Of a stretch of DNA of 64,000 nt, positions 50,520 through 63,521 are shown piece by piece. The position numbers and the translations under genes are program-made. Position 1 is the first letter of the stretch, and the number at the start of each line of letters is the position of its first letter. Origin of the DNA: Octopus sinensis (Eukaryota); the NCBI RefSeq assembly GCF_006345805.1, contig NC_043003.1:89528001-89592000 (forward strand), given 5' to 3'. The notes under the pieces were generated by a model. That model ran no database searches. It was not told the DNA's origin and saw nothing but the letters and a program-made list of their open reading frames with translations.

Positions 50520-52070
50520 AACACCCTTTATCAATTCAAAATGAAAAATTAAATTACACCATCTAGAAAATTACATATAATAAAAATATTAAATATAATA
50601 TAAAAGTAATTTTCCGATGATTAAGTAGTGTGCAAAATAAATAAAACGTACATATTTGGTAGAATAACGACACGTGTTTCGTGGCTATATTTAAGAAATG
50701 TTTATAGTAAAAATATTAGTAGTAGTAGTAAAATCACTTCAATATAAATATAGCCACTCATCAGATTAAAAATAACTACAATAATAAAATAATTAATAAA
50801 TATACGTAAATAATCTTTAAAAATAAATATATTCTTTAAAATATATATCTATCTCTATCTCTATCTATCTATCTATCTATCTATGATACAAAATATACAT
50901 TTATTTAAAACTAAATACACTTTAAAGTATATACATTAAATCAGATTATTAATTAATATATTTATTTAATAAACATCCAAATACAGTCTAATACCCATTA
51001 TGCAATTAATACTAAAAACCTTAAAATTAATTAATATACACAATGCTAGTACAAACATTGTCCGTTCGTCGGACAGTTTTGTTAAAATAGAACCGAGATG
51101 ACAATTTGATAAAAACTAGCATAAACGATACACCTTTAAAAATGGATTTGTTTCATTGGACCTTTCAAATAACGGTCATATGCGAGCGATAAACAAAATA
51201 AACAAAACAAAATAAATGAGTTCAATATAAAATTATAAAAATCGAGGAAAAACCTTAAATCGAAGAGTTGATTCAAGTACATATCGTCGTTAATCATGTA
51301 GAAAATATAATTCGATTAATACAATTAATACATAAAAATTGAAATATTTCACAACAGTTATATACTCATACTAAATCATCAATATACATATATACATCAA
51401 AATACACAGATGTGCGCAGACCACATACATATACAGACATATAAATGCAAAGCGAAAATATACACACAAATACATGTACACATATGTATACGCAATCTTG
51501 CTCTCATGCAAAAATCAAAAACGCAGAGAGGGGGAAGAAACGAAAAGGTAACGATTTATGAGCAACAGAAAGCTAAAGACGTGAGTAAGAGAAGGGGAGG
51601 GGGGGCGTAAAGTTACAGGACTCTATACAAGTAACGAATAAGGAGAGAAAAATAACGAAAGAAAGGAAGAAAGAAAAAAGTCTGACTATACATAACGAAC
51701 GTTCACAAGATAAAATTACGTATACATGTGTATATAAAAGTGTATATATGCAGTAAATACACATATAAGAACACATATATAAATATATAGAGACAAGTAT
51801 GTAAAAACACATCCACACAAATCCAAGTGAATACATGTATACATATACATCCGTGTATGTATGTGCATAAGTACAAACATACACACTCACTTACACATAT
51901 ACATAGACGCATGCTTACAAATACATATGAATGCCAATACAAATATTCACATAAAAACATGTCTAGGACCTGACGTATATACAAATAACTGGTTTTCTGG
52001 GCTTTCCATCTCAATCTTCGAACAAACTCTTCCGTTTTCTCTATAAGACTTTTGAGATATTGCTTTTGTG
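50520..52070 (-). mobile_element. Inverted, internally deleted PLE derivative with pLTR
   Basis: ~51998-52070 is the reverse complement of 52250-52322 (PLE N-terminal codons), followed on the minus strand by AT-rich UTR and the hammerhead at 50665-50768. Continuity of the whole span is inferred. Confidence 0.55.
50665..50768 (-). ncRNA. Type I hammerhead ribozyme with fully canonical core
   Basis: TAAT-CTGATGA-GTGGCTATATTTA...TAAATATAGCCAC-GAAAC-ACGT-GTC^GTTA. 13-bp perfect stem II, palindromic stem III, GUC cleavage triplet. Confidence 0.88.
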
Positions 52071-52244
52071 CGGTGTAACCCGCTCCTTTTTAGAAAAGTT
52101 TGAGCGACTCTAGGAAGAAGAAACAGCTAAAAAAGATGGAACTTTACCCACTGGATTTTTCTCAGAAAAATATACCTATCCTAGGCGGTGCTCCAGCATG
52201 TCCGCAGTCAACTGACTGAAACAAGTAAAAGAGTAAAAGAGAGT

Positions 52245-53636
52245 ATCCCTGCACAAAAGCAATATCTCAAAAGTCTTATAGAGAAAACGGAAGAGTTTGT
52301 TCGAAGATTGAGATGGAAAGCCTTCTTCTTTGATACTAAACAGAAAACCAACGGAAGCAAATACGGACTTAAATCTTCCAGAAACCCACCACCTATTCCG
52401 GAATTAGAAGCCTTCGAGAAAGACCTTTTCGAACTTACTAGAAAAATTAAATATAGCAACCAATTACAGAGAAATATGAAAGAAAAAATGAATGAAATTA
52501 ACAACTCGAATAAGATCTTCGTTAATTCTGATAAGACAAGGAACTTATATGCACTTGATAAGGACGTTTACAAGCGTCTAATTTCGAATAGCGTCACAGA
52601 CACATACAAGAAAGATAACAACAAATGTATACAAAGAGGTAAATTTGGAAGCAAGAAGAATAGTTAACAATCTTAAGATTAGCGATAGGATAGAATATCT
52701 TTCCCCGCGACCAGCTTTTATTACCCTGAAAGACCATAAAGCCAATTTTAATAGAAACCTCAAATGTAGATTGATAAATCCGGCTAAAACTGAGATGGGC
52801 ATTATTAGCAGATATATTTTGGACCGTATTTGATGTAAGTGAATTAGATTTGAGAATTTGGAAGAATAGTAAGTCAGTTATATAGTGGTTTAAAGGGATT
52901 AGCTATAAGCATAACTGCAATTTTACGCAGTTTGATATTATTGACTTTTACCCGTCAATATCTAGGACTTTACTCCTAAGGGCATTAGACTTCGCCAAGC
53001 AGTATGTCAACATCGATAACTCGGAAATTGATATTGTCATACATGCGAGGAAATCACTTCTTTTTTTCGAGGATTCCTCCTGGGTTAAGAAGAGTGAAGA
53101 TTCTCTTTTCGATGTACCGATGGGGGCATACGACGGGGCTGAATTATGTATGCTCATAGGAGCCTATATTCTACATAATCTAAAACTAGAATTCCCGTTT
53201 ATAGATGCAGGTTTATATAGGGATGACGGCCTTATAGCCACCCATAATTTAAACGGCCATGAATCAGATAAACTTAGGAAGGACCTTATTGCTTTCTTCC
53301 AAAGGATGGGCTTACGAGTTACGATAGATACTAACCTGAAAAGTGTAGATTTTTTTAGATGTAAATTTGGATTTGAGGTGGGATAAATTTAAACCTTACC
53401 GTAAGCCTAATGATAAGTTATCTTATATTAGCAAAGAATCAAATCAGTTATTCTTAGAAACTTAGTCAGCAATGTAGGTAGACAAATATCGTCAATTTCT
53501 TCGGATGAGGCAGCATTCCATAATGCTGCACCATATTACGATAGCGCATTAAGGAATAGTGGATTCTCTGAGAAGATCCACTATAACCAACTTAATGGTA
53601 GTAGTAATGCTACACGTAGAACTAGGACCAGGAAAG
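52245..53636 (+). pseudogene. Penelope/Poseidon-type PLE N-terminus + RT fragment
   Basis: EEFVRRLRWKAFFF, SDKTRN, FITLKDHK, CRLINPAK, FDIIDFYPSI, MGAYDGAE, GLYRDDGL with frameshifts and stops. Same type as 8341-10148. Confidence 0.92.
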
Positions 53637-54050
53637 CGTGTAGGACGGATTCGTCTGTTAGTTGAGTCCATAATGATTATTGTCCCGCCGCCCTCCTTTA
53701 ATCGGGCAAGCAAGGCAGTTTTCCTTTGTCTAGTGGCTGTGGCGAAAGAGGTTGTCTGGTGGACGAGGCTGAAAGAAATGAGGACAGAAACATTCCTCTT
53801 TAGTAAAACCCTCATCGATTTTTTTTCCAGTTTCACTTGAAAAGAAAAGTGAGAGTGGAACGGGAGGTGATGTCCTCGAGTAAATTTATGAAAAGGTGGG
53901 TGTAAGTTGCGAAAATGGCAAGAGTGGATGGTCCCACTCTCAGTGTAGACCTGTGAGTCGGAAGAAAGGAGTTGGAGAGGGCACTCGTCCTTGGTATTTA
54001 GGGTGATTTAGATTAGACTGTTGGAAAAGAAAAAACCCTAACATCGGGCT
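53637..54050 (+). mobile_element. 3' fragment of a Tx1-like LINE (same family as 37770-39510)
   Basis: gtgtaggacggattc...AVAKEVVWWTRLK...tttcacttgaaaagaaaagtgagagtgg matches ~39088-39300. Confidence 0.8.
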
Positions 54051-54060
54051 ACAACAAGTA

Positions 54061-55344
54061 CGAGGGACGTTCAATAAGTAATGCCTCTGACCCACTTGCA
54101 GTTGTTTGATCTAGCTGAAATTTTGCATGTGCAATCATTTATATCTCTATAGAGTAAGTGGCAAATTACAGCTCTGAATTAATTGTGGTTTCTGATTTAC
54201 AGGTGTTTGAACCGAGTCAAGTGTGAAATGGAGCCTGTTGAGTGTCGAGCAGCGATCCGGTTTTTGTATTTGAAAGGACGCACACCACGGGAGACTTTTG
54301 AAAGTAACTTATGGTGATGATGCCCCATCATATGACCTTGTAAAACACTGGCATCGTGAATTCAAACATGGTCGGAACTCTGTGGAAACAGCTCCCAGAT
54401 CTGGTCGCCCCCTTCTGCCATTGATGAGGCATCTGTCCGTCAAGTTGAGGCTGCCATTTTGGAAGATCGACGCATAATTATTCGCCAAATAGCCCATGAA
54501 GTCAAGATTAGTACCGGGTCTGTGGAAACTATCATTCATGACCATTTGCATATGCAAAAGGTGTCTGCCAGATGGATTCCCAGGTTGCTCACACCTTTCC
54601 AGAAGCAAGAACGCGTCGAGTGCTCGAGGGTGAATTTGGAGATGTGCCAAGAAGATGAGTCAAAATTTTTCAAAAGACTGATTACACAGGATGAAACCTG
54701 GGTCCATCACGATGATCCAGAGACCAAATCCCAGTCAATGCAGTGGAAGCACCGTGACTCACCCTCTCCAAAGAAGGCAAGGGTGCAGCCATCAGCTGGC
54801 AAGGTCATGCTCACAGTCTTCTGGGACCAGGACGGAGTAGTGATGACAGATTTCCTGGCAAAGGGTACCACAATTGCAGGAGCTTATTACGCTTTCTTTT
54901 GAGGAAATTAAGAGAAGTTATCAAAATCAAGAGGCGGGGCAAGATCAGCAAAGGCATCCTCCTCCTGCAGGACAACGCTCCGGTCCACAACTCGCTTGTC
55001 GCCAGATCAGAAGCACAGGCGTATGGCTATGAACTCCTCCCCCATCCCCCTACTTTCCTGACCTTGCACCCTCTGATTTTCACCTCTTCCCAGTCATGAA
55101 GTTGTTTTTGAAAGGAAAGCGTTTCCCAGATGATGCAGCCTTGATTTCTGAAGTCACACGTTCAGGTTGGAGGACCAAGCTGGGGTCTTCTACAAAAACG
55201 TTCTCCAGTGCTGCATCAAACAATAGGAGAAATGCGTAACTCTGGGTGGTTCCTATGTAGAAAAAGACTAATAACTGCGCCAAGTTTCGTTGCTCTACTG
55301 CTATGGGAAGTGGGTCAGGGGCATTACTTATTGAACGCCCCTCG
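54061..55344 (+). mobile_element. Full-length mariner transposon (1284 bp), frameshifted transposase
   Basis: ~37-bp TIRs CGAGGG(A/G)CGTTCAATAAGTAATGCC..TGACCCACTT; TA at 54059-60 and 55345-46; WIPRLL, ITQDETW, LLQDNAPVH motifs. Confidence 0.96.
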
Positions 55345-55623
55345 TAGTTTATATAATAATTGTTAACTTGCATAATAAAAAGAAACACCCTATAAACGTT
55401 TTTTTCTTCATTTCCGCTTCAAATGTACGCCAACTTAGACGAAAAGTACACGAGACGTGGCAAACACAATCCTACATATCCCATAAAAATTTCAAGGAAA
55501 TCAGACAAGGAGTTTTGATTTTACTGAGGAATGATTGACCTGCATAATAAAAGGAAACATAGTGCATATATATATATAGTTAATCCAAACAAGAAAGCAC
55601 AAAAAAAAACACAACAACGCGAA

Positions 55624-55688
<65 letters not shown>

Positions 55689-55689
55689 G

Positions 55690-55995
55690 CTGTTTGAGAA
55701 GAAGCTTGCATCACAACTGTGTGGCACCTTGGGCAAGTGTCTTCTCTTATAGCCTCGGGCCGACTAAAGAGTAGATTTGCTTGACAGAAACTGAAAGAAG
55801 TTCGTCGTATATGTGTGTGTGTGTCTTTATGTTTGTGTTTGTGCCCCCCCCCCACCAATCATGTGCTTGTAATTAACGGTTCGGCAAAAATCACCGATAG
55901 ACTAAGTACAAGGCTTTAAAAAATAAGTACTGGGGCTTATTCATTGGTAAAAATGCTTCAAGGCGGTGCCCCAGCGTGGCTACTGTCTAATGACT
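55690..55995 (+). mobile_element. SINE-A, diverged and internally deleted
   Basis: gcaccttgggcaagtgtcttc...ggcggtgccccagcgtggc. Confidence 0.75.
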
Positions 55996-56050
55996 ATACG
56001 CATTCACACTCACATACATATATACATACATACATACATACATACATACA

Positions 56051-56663
56051 GTTGTGGAAGTTAGCTGCTCAGCGGATGTTAACATAAAGCTGAAGGGAAT
56101 ACCTATGCTGAACTATTGAGAAATCTGAAGTTACTTCATCCAGAGAGCTTTCTCCTTTCTGGTTTTGAGAAACTTAATTTCTCAAGATTGGTATTTAGGC
56201 AGCGCGTTACTTATCCCAGGATCCCAATAATTACAGATATAAACCTGAACTTATAAGTAACACGCTGCCTAAATACCAATCTTGAGAAATTAAGTTTCTC
56301 AAAACCAGAAAGGAGAAAGCTAATTCGAAGACTACAGATCCAATCCATCACTGGAACTTTCCAGGTGTTTATCATTTAAATATATGTTAGCATGTCTAGA
56401 TATGCAACTATATGCATGAGAATACATACATAAAACATACAAATCTGCACATACATGCATACATACATACATACATACATACATACATACATACATACAT
56501 ACATACATACATACATACACACATACATACAAATCTGTACATATACGTACATACATACATACCCTGTTGTTGATGTTGAAATTCTAATGAAGGATCTTTG
56601 GATCTAACTTAGAAACCGGTTCTTTCTCTATTGGCAAACAATCTTGAAGTAAACTGAATAATG
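56051..56663 (+). mobile_element. 3' end of an RLE-type (R4/Dong-like) non-LTR retrotransposon inserted in (TACA)n, with an internal inverted duplication
   Basis: Homologous to 63522-64000(-). Flanked by (CATA)n on both sides. 69-bp inverted repeat 56146-56214 / 56253-56321. Confidence 0.8.
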
Positions 56664-57029
56664 ACATACATACATACATACATACATACATACATACATA
56701 CATACATACATACATACATACATACATACATACACACACACATGCATAATACCTGTGTATGTGTGCTGAGCGCGCGTGTTGTGCCGATACATAGAGTGCG
56801 TATTTAGAATTTTGCATAAGAAAAGCAACGGTAGCTTTGGTTAAAAGAATGAATGAGGAACAAGCAGATACAAACCAGATTACTATTTGTTTGAGAAATG
56901 TGTGTGCGTATGCGTCCGTATGCGTGCCTGTGTATGTATATATGTGCATGTATGCATATACTTACAATATATACATGTATGTATATATGTAAGTACAGCA
57001 TATGTGCGTGCGTGTGTATATATATATAC

Positions 57030-57125
57030 GTCTTAGGCCAGCAGTGTTTGAGGTTTGATGATACGCCATAAGGCCAAACCCCTTATGAGCGAGAAACCCA
57101 GGGTAAACCCATTAACCGGCCTCCG
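57030..57125 (+). ncRNA. Variant hammerhead-like motif in a short pLTR remnant
   Basis: GGT-TTGATGA-TA-CGC-CATAAGG...CCTTATG-A-GCG-A-GAAAC-CCAGG-GTA-AACCC; between (TA)n tracts; related to 44524-44612. Confidence 0.5.
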
Positions 57126-57127
57126 TC

Positions 57128-57198
<71 letters not shown>

Positions 57199-57380
57199 AA
57201 TAGGTGAATGAGTTATCCTATGTTTATCGTCAGCATGGAAAATTATGTTGTCTTCGAAACATATGTCGAGAGTAAACGCATTTTGTTAACATCTTCGTTC
57301 GACTCCATTCTTTCATTTATATATATATATATATAAGATATATACATACAAATATAAATATATGTGTGCGTGTGTGTGTG

Positions 57381-57430
<50 letters not shown>

Positions 57431-58432
57431 TAAACTCATTATTTTTAAAAATCATAATGTGCGTGGCGTGCGTGTGTGTGCATTTCTGAGAGTTGTAGAG
57501 AATGAAATAGGTTCTATCAAAGTTTTCTAAGATTGGGGAATATTCTCCACATCAAACCTCACAGCATGCCATTAGTGAGAAATGATAAAAACGTTGTCAT
57601 AAGGAGAAAAAAAGTTATCGTCCGTTTGCCGAAGTTGTAATACAGACAGTTTGATGTTGGTGGGTGGTGGTGGCAGTTGTTGTGATGGTGTCGGTGTTGT
57701 TGCTTACTGTTGCTGTTGTTGTTGTTGCTGCTGCTGTTGTTATCGATGTCTTTGTAGTTATTGTTGTTATCGATAGATTTCTGAATTTAATGGAAACGTT
57801 GCTATGAATAGGTATATAAATAACAACAACAACAACTGTAAAAACGACTTGTCGGTAGAAAAATAAATCAAGCACACTGTAGAGATTTTTTAAAAATATA
57901 ATTCTTGCATAATGTATTTGTGTTATCTGATTGCTTTTCTTTCTTTGTAACAGATGCCAAAAATCATAGAATCTTGCTTGTATCTTCTTCACATACATGG
58001 ATACATTGGTGTGTATGTATGTATGTATGCATGTATGTGTGTGTGTGTGTGTATGTATGTTTGCATGTATGTATGTGTGTGTATGTACGTATTTATGCGT
58101 GTGTGTATGTATGTATGGGTGTTTGTGGGTATGTATGCATCTATGCATGTACGTATGTATGTATGCGTGTATGCATGGATGTTTGCATATATGTAAATGT
58201 ATACATGTACATACACACACCTACAGATGCATACATCCATGCCCATCTAGGCGGTACATTTAATTTCGTCCATTTATTTAGATAATAAAACCAGAGTTTC
58301 GTGGTGCTTTTAAAGAGTGAAAAAATACTCCAGATAAAATAAACAGAAATGTGTGGACAGAATTAAAACGGAGCTGTTGATTATGTTGAGGAATGTGGGT
58401 GTGTATAGAGAGAGGTATGAGAGATTGGTAGG

Positions 58433-58471
<39 letters not shown>

Positions 58472-58479
58472 ATAGATAA

Positions 58480-58549
<70 letters not shown>

Positions 58550-59643
58550 GGGGAGAGTGGGGAGGAAGGGTGAACGAGAGACAGAATTTGAGAGAAAGAG
58601 AAAAGTTAGAGAGAAGAGGAAAGAGGGAATGAGAGAGAAAGGGAGTTAGAGAGAGAGAGAGAGGATGAAAGAGTGAATGAGAGAGAGGATAAGAGAGAGA
58701 AAGTAAGTGGTAGAGAGACATGGAGAGGACGAAAGAGTAAGGAAAAAAGAAAAGTACGTATATGGAAGTAATGAATAAATAGGAAAGTGAAGAAGTGTAA
58801 AGTTTTGTATTGCCACAGATCGTGCCTACCTCGTTGAAGACACACACACACACACACACATACACACGCGCGCGCACGCATATGATAAAATTAACTTGTA
58901 TTTATTTGTATACATGTTTGCAAGAATAAATAAAAATATACATTTATTTATCTTTGGATATTTGTAAATGTCAATGTCTAAAGAAGCTGGCTTATAAAAA
59001 AATAAGATAAAGATATCTAGTTTTCTGTTTTCTTGATACTGGTTTCCATAGAAAGATGGCGTCTACTACATACTATCTGAATTTCAAAAAAAAGAAACAA
59101 AAAAGATTCCTCAAAACTTTTTTACTCATTACTCACTGATAACATTTCTGTCATTTTTTTTTCTTAAAAAATAAATATTTTCTATTTCTTTTCTTATCTG
59201 ATCTCGAGCAACGATAACTAGAAATTATGCACTCGCTATTCCGCCATCTTTTTTCTATCTTGATTTGTATCTCTGCCGTTTCTCCACCTTTCCTCTCTCA
59301 TACATACATACATACATACACATACACACACAAACACAAACACACACATTCTATCAACCTCGTCTCCTTACTCTCTGTCACTCATATTCATACTCATATT
59401 GCAATTACACTCACTTCTTGCTTCTCACTATTTCATCGTCCTCCTTACTGTTCCACACATTGACGTATTTCTTCATAAACGCGCCATACGTAATCTGGTT
59501 TCTTCTATTCCTATAACTTTAAGTAATGGACCTTCAAACCATCGTCTCGGAATAACGAACAAACCAAGTGGGGGACTGCTTGACTTTCTAGTATTAGCAG
59601 TTAAATCTCCCTCACTTGACATCTAACCAACTTTAAATTTAGT

Positions 59644-59700
<57 letters not shown>

Positions 59701-59840
59701 CCTTGAACCCACAAGAGTAAACAAGAGAGACAGAGAAAGGCAGAGAGAAGGAAAATGCCACTTATATTTGAACACTATACAAACATTCTTTTAAAAAAAC
59801 TTTTCTTTTAATTTTTCTAAATTTAATTATCTAATAGTTA

Positions 59841-59877
59841 CAGTTGAAAAGGTCTCAAATGACCGAAACCGGTACTG
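59841..59877 (+). ncRNA. Minimal hammerhead-like motif (mutated core)
   Basis: CAG-TTGAAAA-GGTC-TCAAAT-GACC-GAAAC-CG-GTA^CTG. All three stems pair; the core deviates at two positions. Confidence 0.6.
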
Positions 59878-60699
59878 AAATGTTCTTTATAAAATATTTT
59901 CACCATTCATGTCTGACATTTCAACTATCGTAAATTCATTAACCTGAGCCTAGCTGAGAAAACTGAATGTTTGAATTCTTTAAATCTATAGTTCTGTTTC
60001 AGAGGTACTTGCCCTGGCAAGTGATTTAATCTGAGACTGAGTTGACAGTAAAAATAGTCACACTGTAGAAGATATACATTAAGTACTTCTTATTTGGTGT
60101 TGATATCTTAATGCAACCTACTGTGACCTAGAAATTGACATGGTTCCACTACAGCTAGTTTGGAGCAGTGTTGTTGGCCAGTATATCTGAGATTCAGAAT
60201 TGTAAATATAATTTATTTTTATAGGTCAGTAATTTTCGTTGTCACCACCTGGTGCTTGAAGATGGTTAATTACGTTGGCATTTGGTTGTGTAATTCGCGT
60301 ACACTCTCTTCTTTCTCTCAGTAGGGGAGGTTATTTAGTACAGTATCAATATTCTAGTGCAACCATGAACAAATAAGATATTCTTTAATTTATTTTTTTA
60401 AGGCCTAAAAGTCTGTCACTGTCTCTTTTAAATCTGCCAGTCTGTTTTCTTACTGTCCCCCGTAGTGACCACACACACTAAGTTGTAGTTGATTTGAACT
60501 TTATAACTATAGTCATTGTGTTGTATCCCTTCAACAGTAGATCATTCTGTTACCTCTGTTTATCTAGCTGGAAAATATATTCCACTTCCCATGATTGAGT
60601 TCCTAATATTAGCAAAGGCACCTAACCAAAAAAAGCCAATTGCCTTTGGAGCTAACATCTAAGTCTCCACATGGCTGCTCCATGTGCTAAAAGTTGTTT

Positions 60700-60752
<53 letters not shown>

Positions 60753-60978
60753 GGCTGAGATAAATAACAAATGGAGTGGTCATGACTGGAATGCTTTTAA
60801 TCATAGGTTTATTAACCACAAATAAGATGAAGCTAAGGAAGAACAACAGCAATAACAATAACAACAACAACTCGCCGAATAATAAAAGAAAATTATAAAA
60901 CAAAGCATTTAAAAAAATACATGAAAAGTAAATGGAAAACAACAAAGGAAAAAAAGCGAGCTAGACTTAATTAAGATT

Positions 60979-61014
<36 letters not shown>

Positions 61015-62219
61015 TATATATATTTTGTATTGGCAGATATTATCATCATTACGGAAGTGGAGCGTTAAGATAAATTGCAACATCAGTCCAAATACGCTTG
61101 AGGTACGTTCGAACAATCATTTGTCAACAAGCGAGATATATTCTCAGTAACAAAATGCAGTGAGTAGCTTGTTCCCCAGTTCGAACGTGCCACAAGCATA
61201 TTTGGGCTGATAATAACATTGCAGTTATCATCATCATCATCGTCGTCGTCCACTTTTCCAGATGTCCTTCCAGTCACCAACACTCATTTCCTAGTAAGAT
61301 ATATTTTCACAGAAGAATGGCACTGCTTGTGTGTGACAGTGTCTCTCATTTACAGCTGTCACACGATGTCAAGTCTATGCAACACAAGCGTGCACACAAT
61401 CACACACGCATACATAGTACTATGCAATGGAACTAAACCCGAAACCATTTGACTGGGAAGCAAACTTGTTAACTACTCAGCCACGCTTGTGCATAAACCA
61501 GGTTAGTAGTAATGTCCAAAGAATGCTATGGCATTCGAAGTTTGCCAAGTTATCTGACAAAAGGAAAACATTGCCTACGCTATCACAGCGGTCTCCATCA
61601 CAACCGCCGCCACCCCCACTACCATCACCACACAAGCGCTTCTGCCGCTGCTGCTGTTATGTAAAAAACTGTTTCTGGATTTAAGCCAATAGATTGAAGC
61701 AATGGGTATCAGAATTCGCTAGAACATGTGTAGCTGACATGAGGAGAAGAAAGTAGAATCGACGAGACGATATCTGAAGAATGTTGAACTTTGATATGCT
61801 AGTCTGTTATGTTATTCTAGGATGTCACCACCATTTTTAATCTGTCGATGTTCTAATTTTAATATTTTTCATCCTTCTCTTTCATTAACAGGTTGCTATT
61901 TCCAGTAGGAATGTTATTTACTTTTTTATTTCTCTGCATAAACTAGAGATCACTTTTGTAAAAAAAACAAAAACAAAAAAAAAAAAAAAAACACGAGAAC
62001 ACAACATTAGGAAAGTAACTGCATCAAAGAGATAGAACTCCCCTTTCGTATGTAATCCTTTTCAACACGTAGCCAAATTACATACCCAATTTCGATAGTG
62101 AGATATTCTAGATAGTATCAACAAAATATTTAATAGTATTCTAGAAGAAAATGGTTCTTGTTAAAGTACGACTATGAAACCCTGTTATTGTCCTCTATCT
62201 ATTAGGAGTTACCTAGATA

Positions 62220-63300
62220 CGAGGGTCGGTTGAAAAGTTCATAGATTTACCAAGATACTCTCATGGAATGTCACTAAATAAGGTTTATTTTCCAACATAG
62301 TCCCCCTTGCGGTCCACACACTTTTCATCGGTGTTGCAGTGCTTGGATCCCATTGGTGAAGCTTTCATATTGTTGGTCAAAAGGGCCATTAACAGCAGAT
62401 ATAACGTGATCACTGCAATATTGGTACCCAATGAAGTGGGATTTTTTTTTCATGTTGGGGAAGTGATGATAGTCAGATGAAGACAAATCAGGAGAATAGG
62501 GAGGTTGATCAACCAATCCAAGGCCACAGTCATACACAGCGGTAATTTAGATCAAAGACTGTTCCAGTGAATTCTGATAGTCATTGCAACAATCGAAACC
62601 AAGGACTTGTGTGCTGGAGTATTGTCCCATGAAACAAAACCCCTTTCGTCAGTTCTGAACATTTGGTCTTGATAGCCTTTCCTAACTCCCTTAACAAATT
62701 GACATAGTATTCTCCATTGATGGTGATGCCTTTTTGAAGAGAGTCAATAAACACAATGCCCTCTGAATCCCCCAAACACCTTCCCTGCAGATGAAACGAG
62801 CTTGGCCTTCTTTGGAGCAAGTGAAGTGGGGCGTTTCCACTGTATGGATTGTCTCTTTGTCTCTGGCTCAAAGGGATGAAGCCAACACTCATCCTGACTA
62901 AGGAAACGTTCAAGGAAGCCAGCTGAATCTGCCTCAAACTATGTCCCTTGATGTGATCAACCTGGTGTGCTTTTAATCAGGTATCAGAAGACATGGCATC
63001 CACCAAGCATAAATCTTTGTCATGCTAAGTTCATTGTGCAGAATATTCTCAGCTCTCACACAGGGTATGCTAATAGCATTGGCTATTTGATTTATAGCCA
63101 AGCATCTGTCATCCATCACCATGTGGTGAACACGATCAATATTATCCTCTGCTGTGGCAGTTTCAGGATGTCCAAACTTTGGGTAATTTTCAAGGCTCTA
63201 CCTTTCCCTCCTAAACTGCCCACATTTGCACTGTTCATAAACTTGGAGCATCATCCCCTAATATAGCAACCATGTCAGCATTCCCTTTTTCTGCAGATAC
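62220..63300 (-). mobile_element. Decayed mariner transposon
   Basis: TA|CGAGGGTCGGTTGAAAAGTTC TIR at 62220; QPPYSPDLSSSDYH, DSEGIVFIDSLQKGITINGEYY motifs. Other TIR not found. Confidence 0.85.
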
Positions 63301-63521
63301 TTGAAAACATGATGCCAAATTTTTCCTATTTTAAAGAGAAGTTTGTACTAGTTAATTTTTAAGTTTTCTTTAAACAGTGAGATATCAGTTTACCCGGGAA
63401 GAAACAATGCAATTATTAAAAAAAGGTGTTGAAGATTTCACAGCTCTAGTATCACTCCATCATAGACTATGAATTTTTCAGCCCACTCGCATGTACGCAT
63501 CCATGTGTATATGTACGTATA

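Noticed and set aside
59960-60700. Unique-looking CpG-poor stretch as possible host exons
   Set aside because: No ORF with credible splice sites or homology could be supported from the sequence alone.
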